Notes: generated from the sequence alone by a model not told the origin. Positions 19,741 through 30,243 are shown, numbered from the stretch's first letter. The stretch: DNA of 64,000 nucleotides from an uncultured Chloroflexia bacterium (GCA_963768655.1 CAVYIM010000005.1:320001-384000); one strand, 5' to 3'. Translations and numbers: made by a program.

Positions 19741-22632
19741 TCACTCGGGCCCGGGCCCGTCCAGGACCTCGCGGACCTTGCGGGCAAGGCGCTCAGGCGT
19801 GAACGGCTTGGGCAGGAACGCGCTGTGCGTGGCAGTCTGCTGGGACAAGACGGTCGACTCGGCGTGGCCCGACATCAACACGGCCCGCGCCTGCGGAGCG
19901 ATGGCCGACAAACGCTTGAGCAGCTCGGGCCCGCTCATGCCCGGCATCATGACGTCGCTGACGATCACGTCGATGGCCGAGCCGACGAGGCCGGCGGTGC
20001 GGATGGCCTGGGCTCCGTCCGCCGCCTCGAGCACGACATAGCCATGGGCCCGCAGGCCGAGCACAGCCAGGCGACGCACGCGCGGTTCGTCCTCGACGAC
20101 GAGCACCGTCTCTGTGCCGGTGGGCATCGGCCGCGGCGGCGCCGGAACGGGCTGCGGGTCCGCGGCACCGTCCTTTCGGGGCAGGTAGATGCGGAAGGTC
20201 GTGCCCTGGCCGGGCTCGGAGTACACCCGAACGTGGCCGCCAACCGACCTCACGATACCGTGGCACGTCGCCAGACCGAGGCCCGTGCCCTTGCCCAGCT
20301 CCTTCGTGGTGAAGAATGGCTCGAACAGGTGTGAACGCACCTCCTCGGTCATGCCCACTCCCGTATCGGCCACCGCAAGCAGGACGTACGGCCCGGGAGT
20401 GGCGCCCGGGTTGGCAAGGGCCGACTCCTCGTCGATCGTCTCCTCGGCCGTCTCGATGAGCAAGCGACCGCCGTCGGGCATGGCGTCGCGGGCGTTGACG
20501 GTCAGATTCACCAGCAACTGCTGTATCTGGCCCGCGTCGGCTTCCACCATCCCCGCATCGGGATCGAGCGCGGTCTCGATCTCGATGTCGTCACCGAGCA
20601 GCCGTTGGAGCATCTTGAGCGAGTCGGAGACCAGTGCGCTCAGATCCAATCGCACCGGTGCGACGATCTGCCTGCTCGCGAACGTCAGCAGCTGCCTGGT
20701 CAGGCTGGCCGCCCGTTCGCCGGCCGCGGCCACCTCCTGCAGGTCGAGCTTGGCTGGATGGTCGGCCGGCAGGTCGGGCGGGAGATCGAGCTTGCACATC
20801 TCGACGTAGCCGAGAATCGCCGTCAGCAGGTTGTTGAAGTCGTGAGCCACGCCACCGGCAAGACGTCCGATCCCTTCCATCTTCTGCGATTGCAACAGCT
20901 GCTCCTGGAGGGTGCGCCGCTCGGTGATGTCCTGAATGACCCCGTCGTAAGCGATCGGCACCCCGTCGGGACCCAGCCGAAGGACCGGCGTGTCGCGGAC
21001 CCACCGGACGGCCCCGTCCTTGCGGAGGATCCGGTACTCGAGCGACCCGGTTGGCTCGCCCGCCAGGATCCGTCGAACCTGATCGGCAGCGACTTCCCGG
21101 TCCTCTGCAACCACCAAACTCAGCCACAACCCCGGGTCGGTGGACAGCTCTTCCGCCGTGTAGCCGGTTACCGCGACGCAACCGGGCCCGTGACTGACGC
21201 TCACAGCCTTGCCGTCCTCGATCTTCACGCTCATCACGTAGTCCGTGATGGTGTCGATGATGTGGCGGTAGCGCTCCTCGCTCTCGCGCCGCGCCTCCTC
21301 GGCCATCTTGAGATCCGTGATGTCGTCCGAGATCCCGAGGACGTACCGTGGTTGGCCCTGGTCATCGAAGATGGGCATCTTCGTCGTGTGGAAGATCCGC
21401 CGCCCATGGTGCGGCGTCGTCAGGGCCTCTTCGGGCACTACGATCGTCTGTCCCGTCTGCAGCACCTGCCGCTCCACCGACGCGAAGAACGCCGACTCGT
21501 CGGCCGGCGCAAGGCCCTGGTCATCCTGCCCGACCAGCTCGTCCCGTGTGTAGCCCAGCGCGTATTCGGCGGCTCGATTCACGCGCGCGAACCGCAGGTC
21601 GCGGGCGTCCTTCACGAAGACCATGACGGGGATGTTCTCGAGGATGTTGGCCAGGAAACGCTCGCTCTCCCGCAGCGCATCCTCGGCCCGGCGGCGATCC
21701 GTGACGTCCTCGAATGTGCCGAGGAGCCCGACCACGTGGCCTTCTCCGTCCAGCAGCGGCATCTTGCTGACGTGCACCCAGGTTGGACTGCCATCGGCCC
21801 GAACCTGGGCCTCGTCGTAGCCGAGCTTGGGCTGACCGCTGCTCATGACCGCGCGATCGTCGGCTACGTATGCGTCGGCGAGTTCCCGCCAGGGCAGATC
21901 GTAGTCGGTCTTGCCGACCAGGTCGGTCGGATCGGCAACGCCGGCGTCACGGGCGAACGCCGCGTTGCATCCGACGATGACCGAATCGGTGTCCTTCCAG
22001 AAGACGCGCTGCGGGACCGTGTCGAGTACGAGCCGGAGCATCTGCTGCGAGCGGAACAGTTCCTGCTCGGCGCGTCGGCGGGCGACGATGTCGTGCAGCG
22101 TGGCAATGTAGCCGTCGCCCAGCTTGGTGACGCTGACCTCGAAGTCACGCCCAAATCCCTCCGGGTCGCTGCGCCCGGCGACGTCGTGGTCCCGGACCGA
22201 GCTTCGAAGGAGGGGATCCCCGGTCTCGACCACTCGGACATACGCGTCGAACTGGCCGTTGGTGCGCCGGCCCGGGAAGAGATCGAGAATGGTGTGGCCG
22301 AGAAGCTCCTCGTGCGTCACACCGCTGATACGACTGGCGGCCTCGTTCGCATAGACGATCTGGAAGTCCACGATGCGGCCGGCCTCGTCGCGGATCGAGC
22401 GGTTGATCAGAACGCCATCCATCAGCCCATCGAAGAAGGCCGTGGATCGCCCATCGGCGCTCGAGAGACGCGCCTCAGCCTCGAGTCGCCGGCGTTCCGA
22501 CTCGTCGAGCCGGTGCGACAGGTCCGACAGCTGCAGACCCAGACTCTCGCCCTCCCCGGCCGGGTCGCGCGCCCCGCCCTGGACAGACACATCCGTCTCA
22601 CCGGTGGTCGGCTTTCGGTTGTGTGGGCTCAT
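19741..22632 (-). CDS. Multi-PAS hybrid sensor histidine kinase/receiver
   Basis: About 4 PAS/PAC domains, H-box GGVAHDFNNLL, NARDAM, GKGTGLGL, C-terminal REC; start uncertain. Confidence 0.92.
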   Translation of the reverse strand: MSPHNRKPTTGETDVSVQGGARDPAGEGESLGLQLSDLSHRLDESERRRLEAEARLSSADGRSTAFFDGLMDGVLINRSIRDEAGRIVDFQIVYANEAASRISGVTHEELLGHTILDLFPGRRTNGQFDAYVRVVETGDPLLRSSVRDHDVAGRSDPEGFGRDFEVSVTKLGDGYIATLHDIVARRRAEQELFRSQQMLRLVLDTVPQRVFWKDTDSVIVGCNAAFARDAGVADPTDLVGKTDYDLPWRELADAYVADDRAVMSSGQPKLGYDEAQVRADGSPTWVHVSKMPLLDGEGHVVGLLGTFEDVTDRRRAEDALRESERFLANILENIPVMVFVKDARDLRFARVNRAAEYALGYTRDELVGQDDQGLAPADESAFFASVERQVLQTGQTIVVPEEALTTPHHGRRIFHTTKMPIFDDQGQPRYVLGISDDITDLKMAEEARRESEERYRHIIDTITDYVMSVKIEDGKAVSVSHGPGCVAVTGYTAEELSTDPGLWLSLVVAEDREVAADQVRRILAGEPTGSLEYRILRKDGAVRWVRDTPVLRLGPDGVPIAYDGVIQDITERRTLQEQLLQSQKMEGIGRLAGGVAHDFNNLLTAILGYVEMCKLDLPPDLPADHPAKLDLQEVAAAGERAASLTRQLLTFASRQIVAPVRLDLSALVSDSLKMLQRLLGDDIEIETALDPDAGMVEADAGQIQQLLVNLTVNARDAMPDGGRLLIETAEETIDEESALANPGATPGPYVLLAVADTGVGMTEEVRSHLFEPFFTTKELGKGTGLGLATCHGIVRSVGGHVRVYSEPGQGTTFRIYLPRKDGAADPQPVPAPPRPMPTGTETVLVVEDEPRVRRLAVLGLRAHGYVVLEAADGAQAIRTAGLVGSAIDVIVSDVMMPGMSGPELLKRLSAIAPQARAVLMSGHAESTVLSQQTATHSAFLPKPFTPERLARKVREVLDGPGPE

Positions 22633-22825
22633 CGATGACTCCGGCCGCTCGTCCCTGCCAGCACGGTCGCCGGCGGGACGGCGTCCCGGCCCCCAGGCGT
22701 CCCTGCGAGGGATCGGTCGGGAGGCAGGGATTCTACACAGGCGTCGGGGTTGGTCTGGCCGCGCGCCCCGGCGCGGCCACCGGGACACGTGACGACCCAT
22801 CACGGCGCCGCCACGTCCGGGGCCA

Positions 22826-23455
22826 TCAGGACTTCAGCGTGAACGAGTTGAAGAAGACCCCTGCACCGTTCGGGTCGTCGTTCGGGCCGATGATCGCCTC
22901 CAGCAGGTACATCCGCGTCGCGACCAGGTAGGCGCGACACTCTACGGTCCCGCCGGAGTAGAGCACTGACCAGGTACGTCCCGGGTGACCGTTCAGATCG
23001 ATCTGCGACTGGCTGACGATCTGACCGCCGCTCGAGCCCGCGACCTGACTGGCCTGGCCCTCGGCCAGCAGGGAGTCCGCCGACTTTCCGGCGAGAGAGG
23101 CGGCCGTGTAGTCCACCCATGCGACGAGATAACCGGTCTTGCCACCCGGATTCAGGACCATCTCGGTCGTCTCGGGCACGGTCGCGCCACCGCTCACGGT
23201 GAGCGTCTTCTTCGTCTCGGTTGGGACCGCCGGCATCTGGATCTCGAAAGATTGGTCGGCAGGCGTGAAGGTGATCCACGCGCCGCTCGGCCGGGGCGTG
23301 ACTCCCGGCGCCAGAGTGACCGTCGGGATCGACGCGGCGGCCGACTGCGGCGTCAACGCGCCATTCGTGGCCGTGCCGTGCGGGGTACCGGAGGACCCCG
23401 CGCAGGCGGTGACCAGGAGCGCGAAGCCGAGGATGGCCAGGCGACGGGAAGCCAT
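22826..23455 (-). CDS. Putative lipoprotein
   Basis: Lipobox LLVTAC; RBS GGAGG. Confidence 0.75.
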   Translation of the reverse strand: MASRRLAILGFALLVTACAGSSGTPHGTATNGALTPQSAAASIPTVTLAPGVTPRPSGAWITFTPADQSFEIQMPAVPTETKKTLTVSGGATVPETTEMVLNPGGKTGYLVAWVDYTAASLAGKSADSLLAEGQASQVAGSSGGQIVSQSQIDLNGHPGRTWSVLYSGGTVECRAYLVATRMYLLEAIIGPNDDPNGAGVFFNSFTLKS

Positions 23456-23543
23456 GCGCGTCCCTCCGTGGACATGCCGCGTGACGGCGGCTGCGGTTGA
23501 GCTGGACGTTGTTCGGTCGCTTACGTCTGCTGTCAAGGTCGCC

Positions 23544-25148
23544 TCAGCTGTTCGGGTTGGGACTGGGGCTGACACTTGGGCTGGGGGTCGACAGCGGGGG
23601 CGGAGTCAGCAATGGCATACCTCCTACGACCACATTCGTAATCCCTTGAAGAGCGTCGTCCACAAGGGCCACCTGCTCGTCCACCGTCGTGGTGTCGGTC
23701 TGGTCGGTCGTGTCGGTCGTGGTCGTGTCGAAGAAGTCGTCACCGCCGGCCACGTCGGGCACGGAGTCGGTGGCATCGACAGGGTGGACTTCCACGATCG
23801 TGTCGCCGTGCTCGTCGATCGCGATCGGAGCGCCGTTGACCATGACCCAGCCGTTGAGCAGGTCGTCGGGGCCGACGTAGTGGTAGGTATTGGTGGCGGG
23901 GTCGTAGGTCCACCACGGCGAGTTGGTGTTGGTGCCGCCCGTGCCGGACCCGGCGGTGGTGTCCTCGCCGCTGGTCGTGGTGTCGGTCTGGTCGGTCGTG
24001 TCGGTCGTGGTCGTGTCGAAGAAGTCGTCACCGCCGGCCACGTCGGGCACGGAGTCGGTGGCATCGACAGGGTGGACTTCCACGATCGTGTCGCCGTGCT
24101 CGTCGATCGCGATCGGAGCGCCGTTGACCATGACCCAGCCGTTGAGCAGGTCGTCGGGGCCGACGTAGTGGTAGGTATTGGTGGCGGGGTCGTAGGTCCA
24201 CCACGGCGAGTTGGTGTTGGTGCCGCCCGTGCCGGACCCGGCGGTGGTGTCCTCGCCGCTGGTCGTGGTGTCGGTCTGGTCGGTCGTGTCGGTCGTGGTC
24301 GTGTCGAAGAAGTCGTCACCGCCGGCCACGTCGGGCACGGAGTCGGTGGCATCGACGGGGTGGACTTCCACGATCGTGTCGCCGTGCTCGTCGATCGCGA
24401 TCGGAGCGCCGTTGACCATGACCCAGCCGTTGAGCAGGTCGTCGGGGCCGACGTAGTGGTAGGTATTGGTGGCGGGGTCGTAGGTCCACCACGGCGAGTT
24501 GGTGTTGGTGCCGCCCGTGCCGGACCCGGCGGTGGTGTCCTCGCCGCTGGTCGTGGTGTCGGTCTGGTCGCCGAAGAATGCGTCGTCGCCGAACGGGTCG
24601 GGCTGGTCTGCGGTCTGCTGGCCCGGGTTGGTGTTGGTGCCCCCGTTGTCGCCCGGGTTCGTGTTGTCGCCGCCGTTGTCGCCGCCGCTGGACCCGCTCT
24701 GGTCGGTTACCCGCATTGCCTGAAACGTGCCGTTGTACAGACTCCCGCCCTTCTCCGACTTCCATGTGACCGTCATCATCCGGCCATACGGAGTGAGCAC
24801 GAGCGTGCCCGCACCGCGGTCTTCGGGATCGGACTTCTGGTAGGTGGCGCCATGCCAGAAGGTGAAGGTGCCGTTGAGCCCGTTCAGCGTGCCCGATATC
24901 TCCAGACCCTCGGGCGATGTTCCGGTGAACGCCTTGCCTTTCTGGACGATGTCGATGCTGCCCAGCCCGAGGGCGTCCCAGTGGCCGGCCAGGCTGAACG
25001 CGACCGGCGTGGGTGTCACACTCGGTGTAGGCGTCGACAAGACATCCGCGGCTCGCACCGACCCGGCTCCGGCGGCGGCCAACAGGCTCGCAAGGAGAAC
25101 GGCAGCGGCGCGGGCGCGCAGGCCCGACCACTTGACGGTCATCGGCAT
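23544..25148 (-). CDS. Secreted acidic D/T-rich protein with three 96-aa tandem repeats
   Basis: Signal peptide, beta-rich N-terminal domain, repeats. Confidence 0.75.
   Translation of the reverse strand: MPMTVKWSGLRARAAAVLLASLLAAAGAGSVRAADVLSTPTPSVTPTPVAFSLAGHWDALGLGSIDIVQKGKAFTGTSPEGLEISGTLNGLNGTFTFWHGATYQKSDPEDRGAGTLVLTPYGRMMTVTWKSEKGGSLYNGTFQAMRVTDQSGSSGGDNGGDNTNPGDNGGTNTNPGQQTADQPDPFGDDAFFGDQTDTTTSGEDTTAGSGTGGTNTNSPWWTYDPATNTYHYVGPDDLLNGWVMVNGAPIAIDEHGDTIVEVHPVDATDSVPDVAGGDDFFDTTTTDTTDQTDTTTSGEDTTAGSGTGGTNTNSPWWTYDPATNTYHYVGPDDLLNGWVMVNGAPIAIDEHGDTIVEVHPVDATDSVPDVAGGDDFFDTTTTDTTDQTDTTTSGEDTTAGSGTGGTNTNSPWWTYDPATNTYHYVGPDDLLNGWVMVNGAPIAIDEHGDTIVEVHPVDATDSVPDVAGGDDFFDTTTTDTTDQTDTTTVDEQVALVDDALQGITNVVVGGMPLLTPPPLSTPSPSVSPSPNPNS
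23686..24570 (-). repeat. 288-bp tandem repeat, about 3.07 copies
   Basis: Unit starts at 23686, 23974, 24262 and 24550; near-identical (one substitution seen, near 24357). Confidence 0.95.
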
Positions 25149-25404
25149 TGCTCCGCGGGACGCTGAGCTTCGCCCCCCTGGACCCGATGGTTGCTCCCCG
25201 GCCGGAATTCTCTCACGCTGTGGGAAGATCTGCGGGCCGGCCCTGTTCCCGGGAACGCGTCTTGCGGTACTCCGCGCCTCAAGCCGCCGGCGCCGATCGT
25301 CGTTGTGCGTTCGACGCCGTAGCCCGCCCGCCCCGGGCGTGGTTGCGCGTTTTTCGATCCCTGGCTCACACTTCCCGTGCTACGGATACGGAGGAACGAC
25401 CCCT

Positions 25405-27807
25405 TTGGACGAAGTGACGCCTCAGCCCGGCCAGCCTTCGGAGCAGCCTGGCGGAGAGGTTGGACGGCGTCGGGCCGGGCCATCGGGCGGGCCCGACGCG
25501 CCGAGCCTCCGGGCGCGCATCCGAACGGTCGCGCAGGCTTCGCTCCCGAGGGGCGCCCTGATCCTGTCGTCGATCACGGCTATCGGCGTGATCCTGGGCC
25601 TGCTCGAAACCAAGGTGCTGGCCCACTTCTTCGGCGCCGGTACCGACACCGACGCCTTTTACGCGGCCCAGGTGCTCCCCAGCCTCGTGCTCGAGATTCT
25701 GGTCGTAGGCGGGGTCAGCGCCTCGTTCGTGCCGCTCTTCGTGGGGCTTCGGGACGAGGATCCGGCCGATGCGGTGGCGTTCGGGCGAACCCTCCTGACG
25801 CTGGCGATCCTGGCGATGACGGCGGCGACGGTGGTAATGACCGTCTTCGCTCCGCAGTGCGTGTCATTCGTAGCGCCGGGGTTCAGCGGCCAGCAACGGG
25901 ACGAGTGCATAAGCCTGTTCCGGATCCTGAGCGTCACCCAGATCATCTTTGCCGCGACCTGGATCCTGGGCGAGATCCTGATCGCGGAGAAGCGCTGGCT
26001 CACCTACGCCATCGCGCCCCTCATGTGGTCCGGCGGGATCATCGCCGGGACTCTGGTGCTGCAGGGCCCGCTCGGGATATACGCGTCGGCGATCGGCGCG
26101 GTTGCTGGAGCGCTGGCCTATCTCGGGATCCGCCTGTTCGGCGTCTTCCGGGCCGGCTTCCAGCCCTGGCCGAGCCTCAACCTTCGGGCGAAGGGCCTCC
26201 GCCAATACGCCTGGCTGATGCTGCCCAAGATGCTCAGCCAGCCGCTCAAATCGTCGGTCATCGTGCTCTACTTCACCGCACTCGCATCGACCCTCCAGAC
26301 CGGCTCCGTTGCCGACCTGACCTGGGCGCGCAAGTTCCAGACGAACCCGGAGCTGGTAATCGGGGCCCAGTTCGCCATCGCGGCCTTCCCCGCCCTCGCG
26401 GCCGCCGCAGACCTGGGCGATCGACGCGCCTTCCGGCGGGTCTTCAGCAGGAACCTGGCGACGATTGCCGTGCTGTCGACTGCCGTTGCGGTCGGCCTTC
26501 TTTCCCTGGGCTGGCTGGCGGTCCGGATCGTGCTGGGCGGCGGTGCCTTCAACGCCAATGACATCAGCATCACGACGATTCTCGTGGCCGTGTTCGCCGT
26601 CTCGATTCCTCTCGAAAGCGTGGTCGAACTGCTGGCCCGCGCCATCTACGCGACCCGGAACACGCTGATACCCACGCTGGCCTCTGTCGCCAGCTTCATC
26701 GCCCTGTTCATCACAGCCCAGGGCCTGGCCCCGACAGCCGGTCTGGTGGCTATCCCAGCCGCCTACGGAGTAGGGCAGGGCGTCAAGCTCGTGATCCTCG
26801 CGATCGCGCTCGCTCCGAGGATGGATCGCATCGGCCGGCCCGCGCCGGCGCCCGCGTGGACACCGCCACGCGTGCAGGTGCGCCTGGCGGAGAACCGGTC
26901 GGGAAGTGCATATGCGAGCCGCGGCATGGGACGCGCCCAGAAGGTGGCGCTGGGCGTAGCCGTGACCGCCTGCCTGACGGTCGGCGGATTGTACACGGCG
27001 GCCCAGGCGCTCAATGGAGCCAGCTTCGGCTATGCGCCTCTGGTGACTCCAAGGCCGCGGGTCCAGCCTACCGAGGACATCGCCGTCGCGACGCCCGCAC
27101 CCTCGGGCATCGCCTCCGCGAGCGCGACCGCAACCGCAACCGCAGGCGGGACGCAGCTGGCGACGGCGGCTCCGTCCGGACCGGCGTCGACTCCCACGCC
27201 GCCCGGCCAGTTCGCCATGGACCTCTATCAGCCGGGTGACTTCGTCGGGGAGATGGAGAACACGTGGTGCATACCCGCGGCGATGCAGACGATGGAGAAC
27301 ATCATGAACGCCGGCGCCGACACCTCTGAGACGACGCAGGCCTACCTGTACGACCTGGCCAATCAGATCTCCGAGGCCCGCAACGGCAGCCCGAACCCGG
27401 AGGGCCTGACGGGCGGCCTGCAGCAGGGCGGCTACGGCAACTATGCGATCCAGACCAAGCCCACCATGGCGGCGGCCATCAACGTGGTCGTCAAGCAGAT
27501 ACGCCTCACGAACCGGCCGGCCGCGCTCTTCGTCTGGTACGGCTGGCACACCTGGGTCGTCTCTGGGTTCGTCGCATCGGCCGACCCGGCCCTGACGGAC
27601 AACTACACCGTCCTCTCGCTCTATGTCGAGGACGTGTGGTACAACCGGCACTCCACCTTGTGGAACAAGACCCGCGGCGGCTACTCGCGCCCGCCCGACT
27701 CGCTGGTGCCGTACAACTTGCTGTCGCAGGACTACCTGAAGTGGGACCAGGCGGTCTACTACGCCGGCAAGCAGAACCAGTACGTGTTCGCCGTACCGGT
27801 CACGTAG
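25405..27807 (+). CDS. murJ: Lipid II flippase MurJ fused to a C-terminal papain-like (C39-like) domain
   Basis: FGAGTDTDAFYAA, ASFVPLF, ARAIYATRNTLIP; then a TM helix, a P/T/A linker and WCIPAAMQ...GWHTWVVSG...EDVWY; RBS GGAGGA before TTG. Confidence 0.85.
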   Translation: MDEVTPQPGQPSEQPGGEVGRRRAGPSGGPDAPSLRARIRTVAQASLPRGALILSSITAIGVILGLLETKVLAHFFGAGTDTDAFYAAQVLPSLVLEILVVGGVSASFVPLFVGLRDEDPADAVAFGRTLLTLAILAMTAATVVMTVFAPQCVSFVAPGFSGQQRDECISLFRILSVTQIIFAATWILGEILIAEKRWLTYAIAPLMWSGGIIAGTLVLQGPLGIYASAIGAVAGALAYLGIRLFGVFRAGFQPWPSLNLRAKGLRQYAWLMLPKMLSQPLKSSVIVLYFTALASTLQTGSVADLTWARKFQTNPELVIGAQFAIAAFPALAAAADLGDRRAFRRVFSRNLATIAVLSTAVAVGLLSLGWLAVRIVLGGGAFNANDISITTILVAVFAVSIPLESVVELLARAIYATRNTLIPTLASVASFIALFITAQGLAPTAGLVAIPAAYGVGQGVKLVILAIALAPRMDRIGRPAPAPAWTPPRVQVRLAENRSGSAYASRGMGRAQKVALGVAVTACLTVGGLYTAAQALNGASFGYAPLVTPRPRVQPTEDIAVATPAPSGIASASATATATAGGTQLATAAPSGPASTPTPPGQFAMDLYQPGDFVGEMENTWCIPAAMQTMENIMNAGADTSETTQAYLYDLANQISEARNGSPNPEGLTGGLQQGGYGNYAIQTKPTMAAAINVVVKQIRLTNRPAALFVWYGWHTWVVSGFVASADPALTDNYTVLSLYVEDVWYNRHSTLWNKTRGGYSRPPDSLVPYNLLSQDYLKWDQAVYYAGKQNQYVFAVPVT

Positions 27808-27902
27808 CCCGAACCCACAGGTCACGCCGCGCGGATCACCGGGCCGGCGCAGAAACGGGACAGTCGTTGACAGGTGACCCATGAGTCACCTATTGTCGGT
27901 CG

Positions 27903-28673
27903 ATGGACGAGGTCTTTCGGGCGCTGGCGGACCCAAGTCGCCGGTTGCTGCTGGACAGTCTCTTCGAGCGAGACGGCCAATCGCTCCTGGAGCTGACGGC
28001 GCACCTGCCGATGAGCCGCTTCGGCGTCATGAAGCACCTCCGAGTCCTCGAAAGCGCCGGCCTGGTCACCGCTCGCAAGGTGGGGCGCGAGAAGCGCCAC
28101 TACCTGAACCCGGTCCCGATCCGGCTCATCCACGATCGCTGGATCAGCAGATACGCCGAGCCGATCGTCGCGCAACTCACCGCGCTGAAGGCTCACCTGG
28201 AGGAAGAACCGATGGGCGTCCCACCCCGCCATGTCTACGAGATCCTCATTCGCACCACGCCGGAACGGCTGTGGCGAGCCATCACCGACCCGGCGGACAC
28301 GCAGCTCTACTACTACGGCACGAAGGTCCAGTCCGATTGGAAGCCCGGATCGCGTCTCGTCTACCTCGACGGCGACCAGGTCACGCTCGACTGCAAGATC
28401 GTCGAGATCGAGGCCCCCCGCCGGCTGGTCCACACCTTCACGATGGTCTACGACCCGGAGATGGCGGCGGAGCGACCGTCACGCGTTTCGTGGGTGATCG
28501 AGAAGCAGGGCGAGCTCTGCCGGCTGACGCTGGTCCACGACGACTTCGACGGCGAGACGAAGACCTACCGCGAGGTCGAGCACGGCTGGGCCGAGATTCT
28601 GTCCGGCCTCAAGACGCTGCTCGAAACCGGCCAGCCGCTGCACATCGGCGTGGAAACGGAGATGCCCGCCTAG
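27903..28673 (+). CDS. ArsR/SmtB HTH regulator fused to an SRPBCC (AHA1-like) domain
   Basis: VFRALADPSRR...KHLRVLE; TTPERLWRAIT...GWAEILSGLKTLLETG. Confidence 0.9.
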   Translation: MDEVFRALADPSRRLLLDSLFERDGQSLLELTAHLPMSRFGVMKHLRVLESAGLVTARKVGREKRHYLNPVPIRLIHDRWISRYAEPIVAQLTALKAHLEEEPMGVPPRHVYEILIRTTPERLWRAITDPADTQLYYYGTKVQSDWKPGSRLVYLDGDQVTLDCKIVEIEAPRRLVHTFTMVYDPEMAAERPSRVSWVIEKQGELCRLTLVHDDFDGETKTYREVEHGWAEILSGLKTLLETGQPLHIGVETEMPA

Positions 28674-28787
28674 ACAGCCTGTCAGTTCGGGGTCGTGGCA
28701 ACGTCCACGGCCCCGAATCTTCGCGCCCGCTTAGGCTAGAGTGGCGCTGTCGCCGTCCGGGAGGTCCAGCAGACAACGGAGGGAGCA

Positions 28788-29507
28788 ATGCCTGGCGAGC
28801 TGTTCGAACGCGCCACCACCGAAACGCCCGTCGTCGCAGCGTCGGAGATGGAGGTGGCCTCCCGCGACCGTGGCTATGGCGGCGTGGCGATCCTGCTCGC
28901 GGTCGCCGCGGTCGTGGCCGCGATCATCGGCGCTCGCGCTTCGATGGTCTCGAGCGACGCCAACGACTCGTGGCAGTCAGCCTTGCGCACCGAGGTCAAA
29001 CGTTCCGCCGCAGCGATGAACGACGTGCAGGCTCTCTATCAGAGCGACCTTCCGACGGCAATCGAGGTTCTCAAGGCCCAGATCCTGGCCAGGGAGCTGC
29101 AGGCCGCCGAAGCGGGCCAGAGCCCGGCCGTCCAGCAGGCGCTCGAGGTCGAAGCCAGCGTTCAGAGCCAGCTCGCGGTCGCCCTGGCGTCCGGCGCCGA
29201 GCTTGCCAGCGACCCGGCGTACGCCCTGCCATCGGGAGGCTTCGACCTGGGCAAGAGCCTGGCCGATATCCGATCCACCAACCCCCAGCTCTTAGCCCTC
29301 GATCCGGATAGCCAGGAGGCGGCCGGCGACTCGCTGGCCCAGAAGGCGCTGCTCCTGACCCTCGCTCTGATACCGACGGGTCTGTGTGCCCTGCTCGGTG
29401 TCCTGGCTCAACCGCTACGGCGCTACCGCAAGGTCCTGCTTGGCAGTGGCGTCGTCGCTCTCGCGGTCGGAGTGGTGATGGCGATCGGCGTGGAGGTGCT
29501 CGCATGA
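28788..29507 (+). CDS. Membrane protein (DUF4337-like, TM-coiled coil-2TM)
   Basis: Hydrophobic N- and C-terminal segments; RBS GGAGG. Confidence 0.65.
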   Translation: MPGELFERATTETPVVAASEMEVASRDRGYGGVAILLAVAAVVAAIIGARASMVSSDANDSWQSALRTEVKRSAAAMNDVQALYQSDLPTAIEVLKAQILARELQAAEAGQSPAVQQALEVEASVQSQLAVALASGAELASDPAYALPSGGFDLGKSLADIRSTNPQLLALDPDSQEAAGDSLAQKALLLTLALIPTGLCALLGVLAQPLRRYRKVLLGSGVVALAVGVVMAIGVEVLA

Positions 29508-30166
29508 TCGCCCCCGATGCCGCCGCAGACCTGCGGGCGGAGCGGCGCTTCGATCTTCTGGCCGCCGTCCTGATCGGCGCGATCGCCATCCTGGCGGCTG
29601 TGCTGGCGGTGATCCAGATCGAGACCGGGCAGGCGTCCACGCGCGCCCAGATCGAGGCGGCCCGTCTGACGGCCGATCTTTCGGCCCGCCTCCAGGTCAG
29701 CGGCACAGCCCAGACTGCGGCCATCGTCGACCAGCAGGAGGCCCTGGCACTGTCGATGCAGGCCACGGGTCGGGGGCTGGCAGCGCTGCAGTATGGAGAC
29801 GACGGCGCGGCAGCCATCGGCGAGGCGGAGACGCAGGCCGCAGCCGATCTCGGGACCGCCCTGGCCGCCACATCGGCCACCAGCGGCGGCGCGCCCCTCG
29901 ACTCCTACACCGCCGGCTTGCTGAATGCGACGACGCCGCAGCTGCTAGCTGAGCTCGGCGAGCAGAACCGTCAGGTCGACCTGGCCAACGACGCCGGCAC
30001 CCGCAATTCCAGGTCGATCCTCGGGCTCTCGTTGCTGGCCCTGGCCGGCGTCCTGACCGGTCTTGCGGCCGTGCTGCGGGAAGGGCGCGCCGGCTGGATC
30101 GCCCTTCTGTCCGCGGTCGGGATGGCGGGCGCGGCCGAGCTCCTGGCGGTGCTGGCCGTGATCTGA
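29504..30166 (+). CDS. Membrane protein with the same topology as the upstream gene (probable paralog)
   Basis: ATGA overlap; TM-coil-2TM layout. Confidence 0.65.
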   Translation: MIAPDAAADLRAERRFDLLAAVLIGAIAILAAVLAVIQIETGQASTRAQIEAARLTADLSARLQVSGTAQTAAIVDQQEALALSMQATGRGLAALQYGDDGAAAIGEAETQAAADLGTALAATSATSGGAPLDSYTAGLLNATTPQLLAELGEQNRQVDLANDAGTRNSRSILGLSLLALAGVLTGLAAVLREGRAGWIALLSAVGMAGAAELLAVLAVI

Positions 30167-30243
30167 CACGGGCCCGGCCGAAGGCGCTCGGCGGTACACT
30201 CGGCCTGGGCGGTCTGCCCTGGCACGGGAGCGAGAGGCGCAAC

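Noticed and set aside
23686-24570. Possible CRISPR array or other non-coding repeat array
   Set aside because: Units are 288 bp, in frame, have no unique spacers, and no cas genes are present.
24844-25404. Long N-terminal extension of the MurJ ORF
   Set aside because: It overlaps the divergent gene, and a strong RBS supports TTG at 25405.
27903-28673. ArsR-SRPBCC fusion
   Set aside because: A common, already known architecture.
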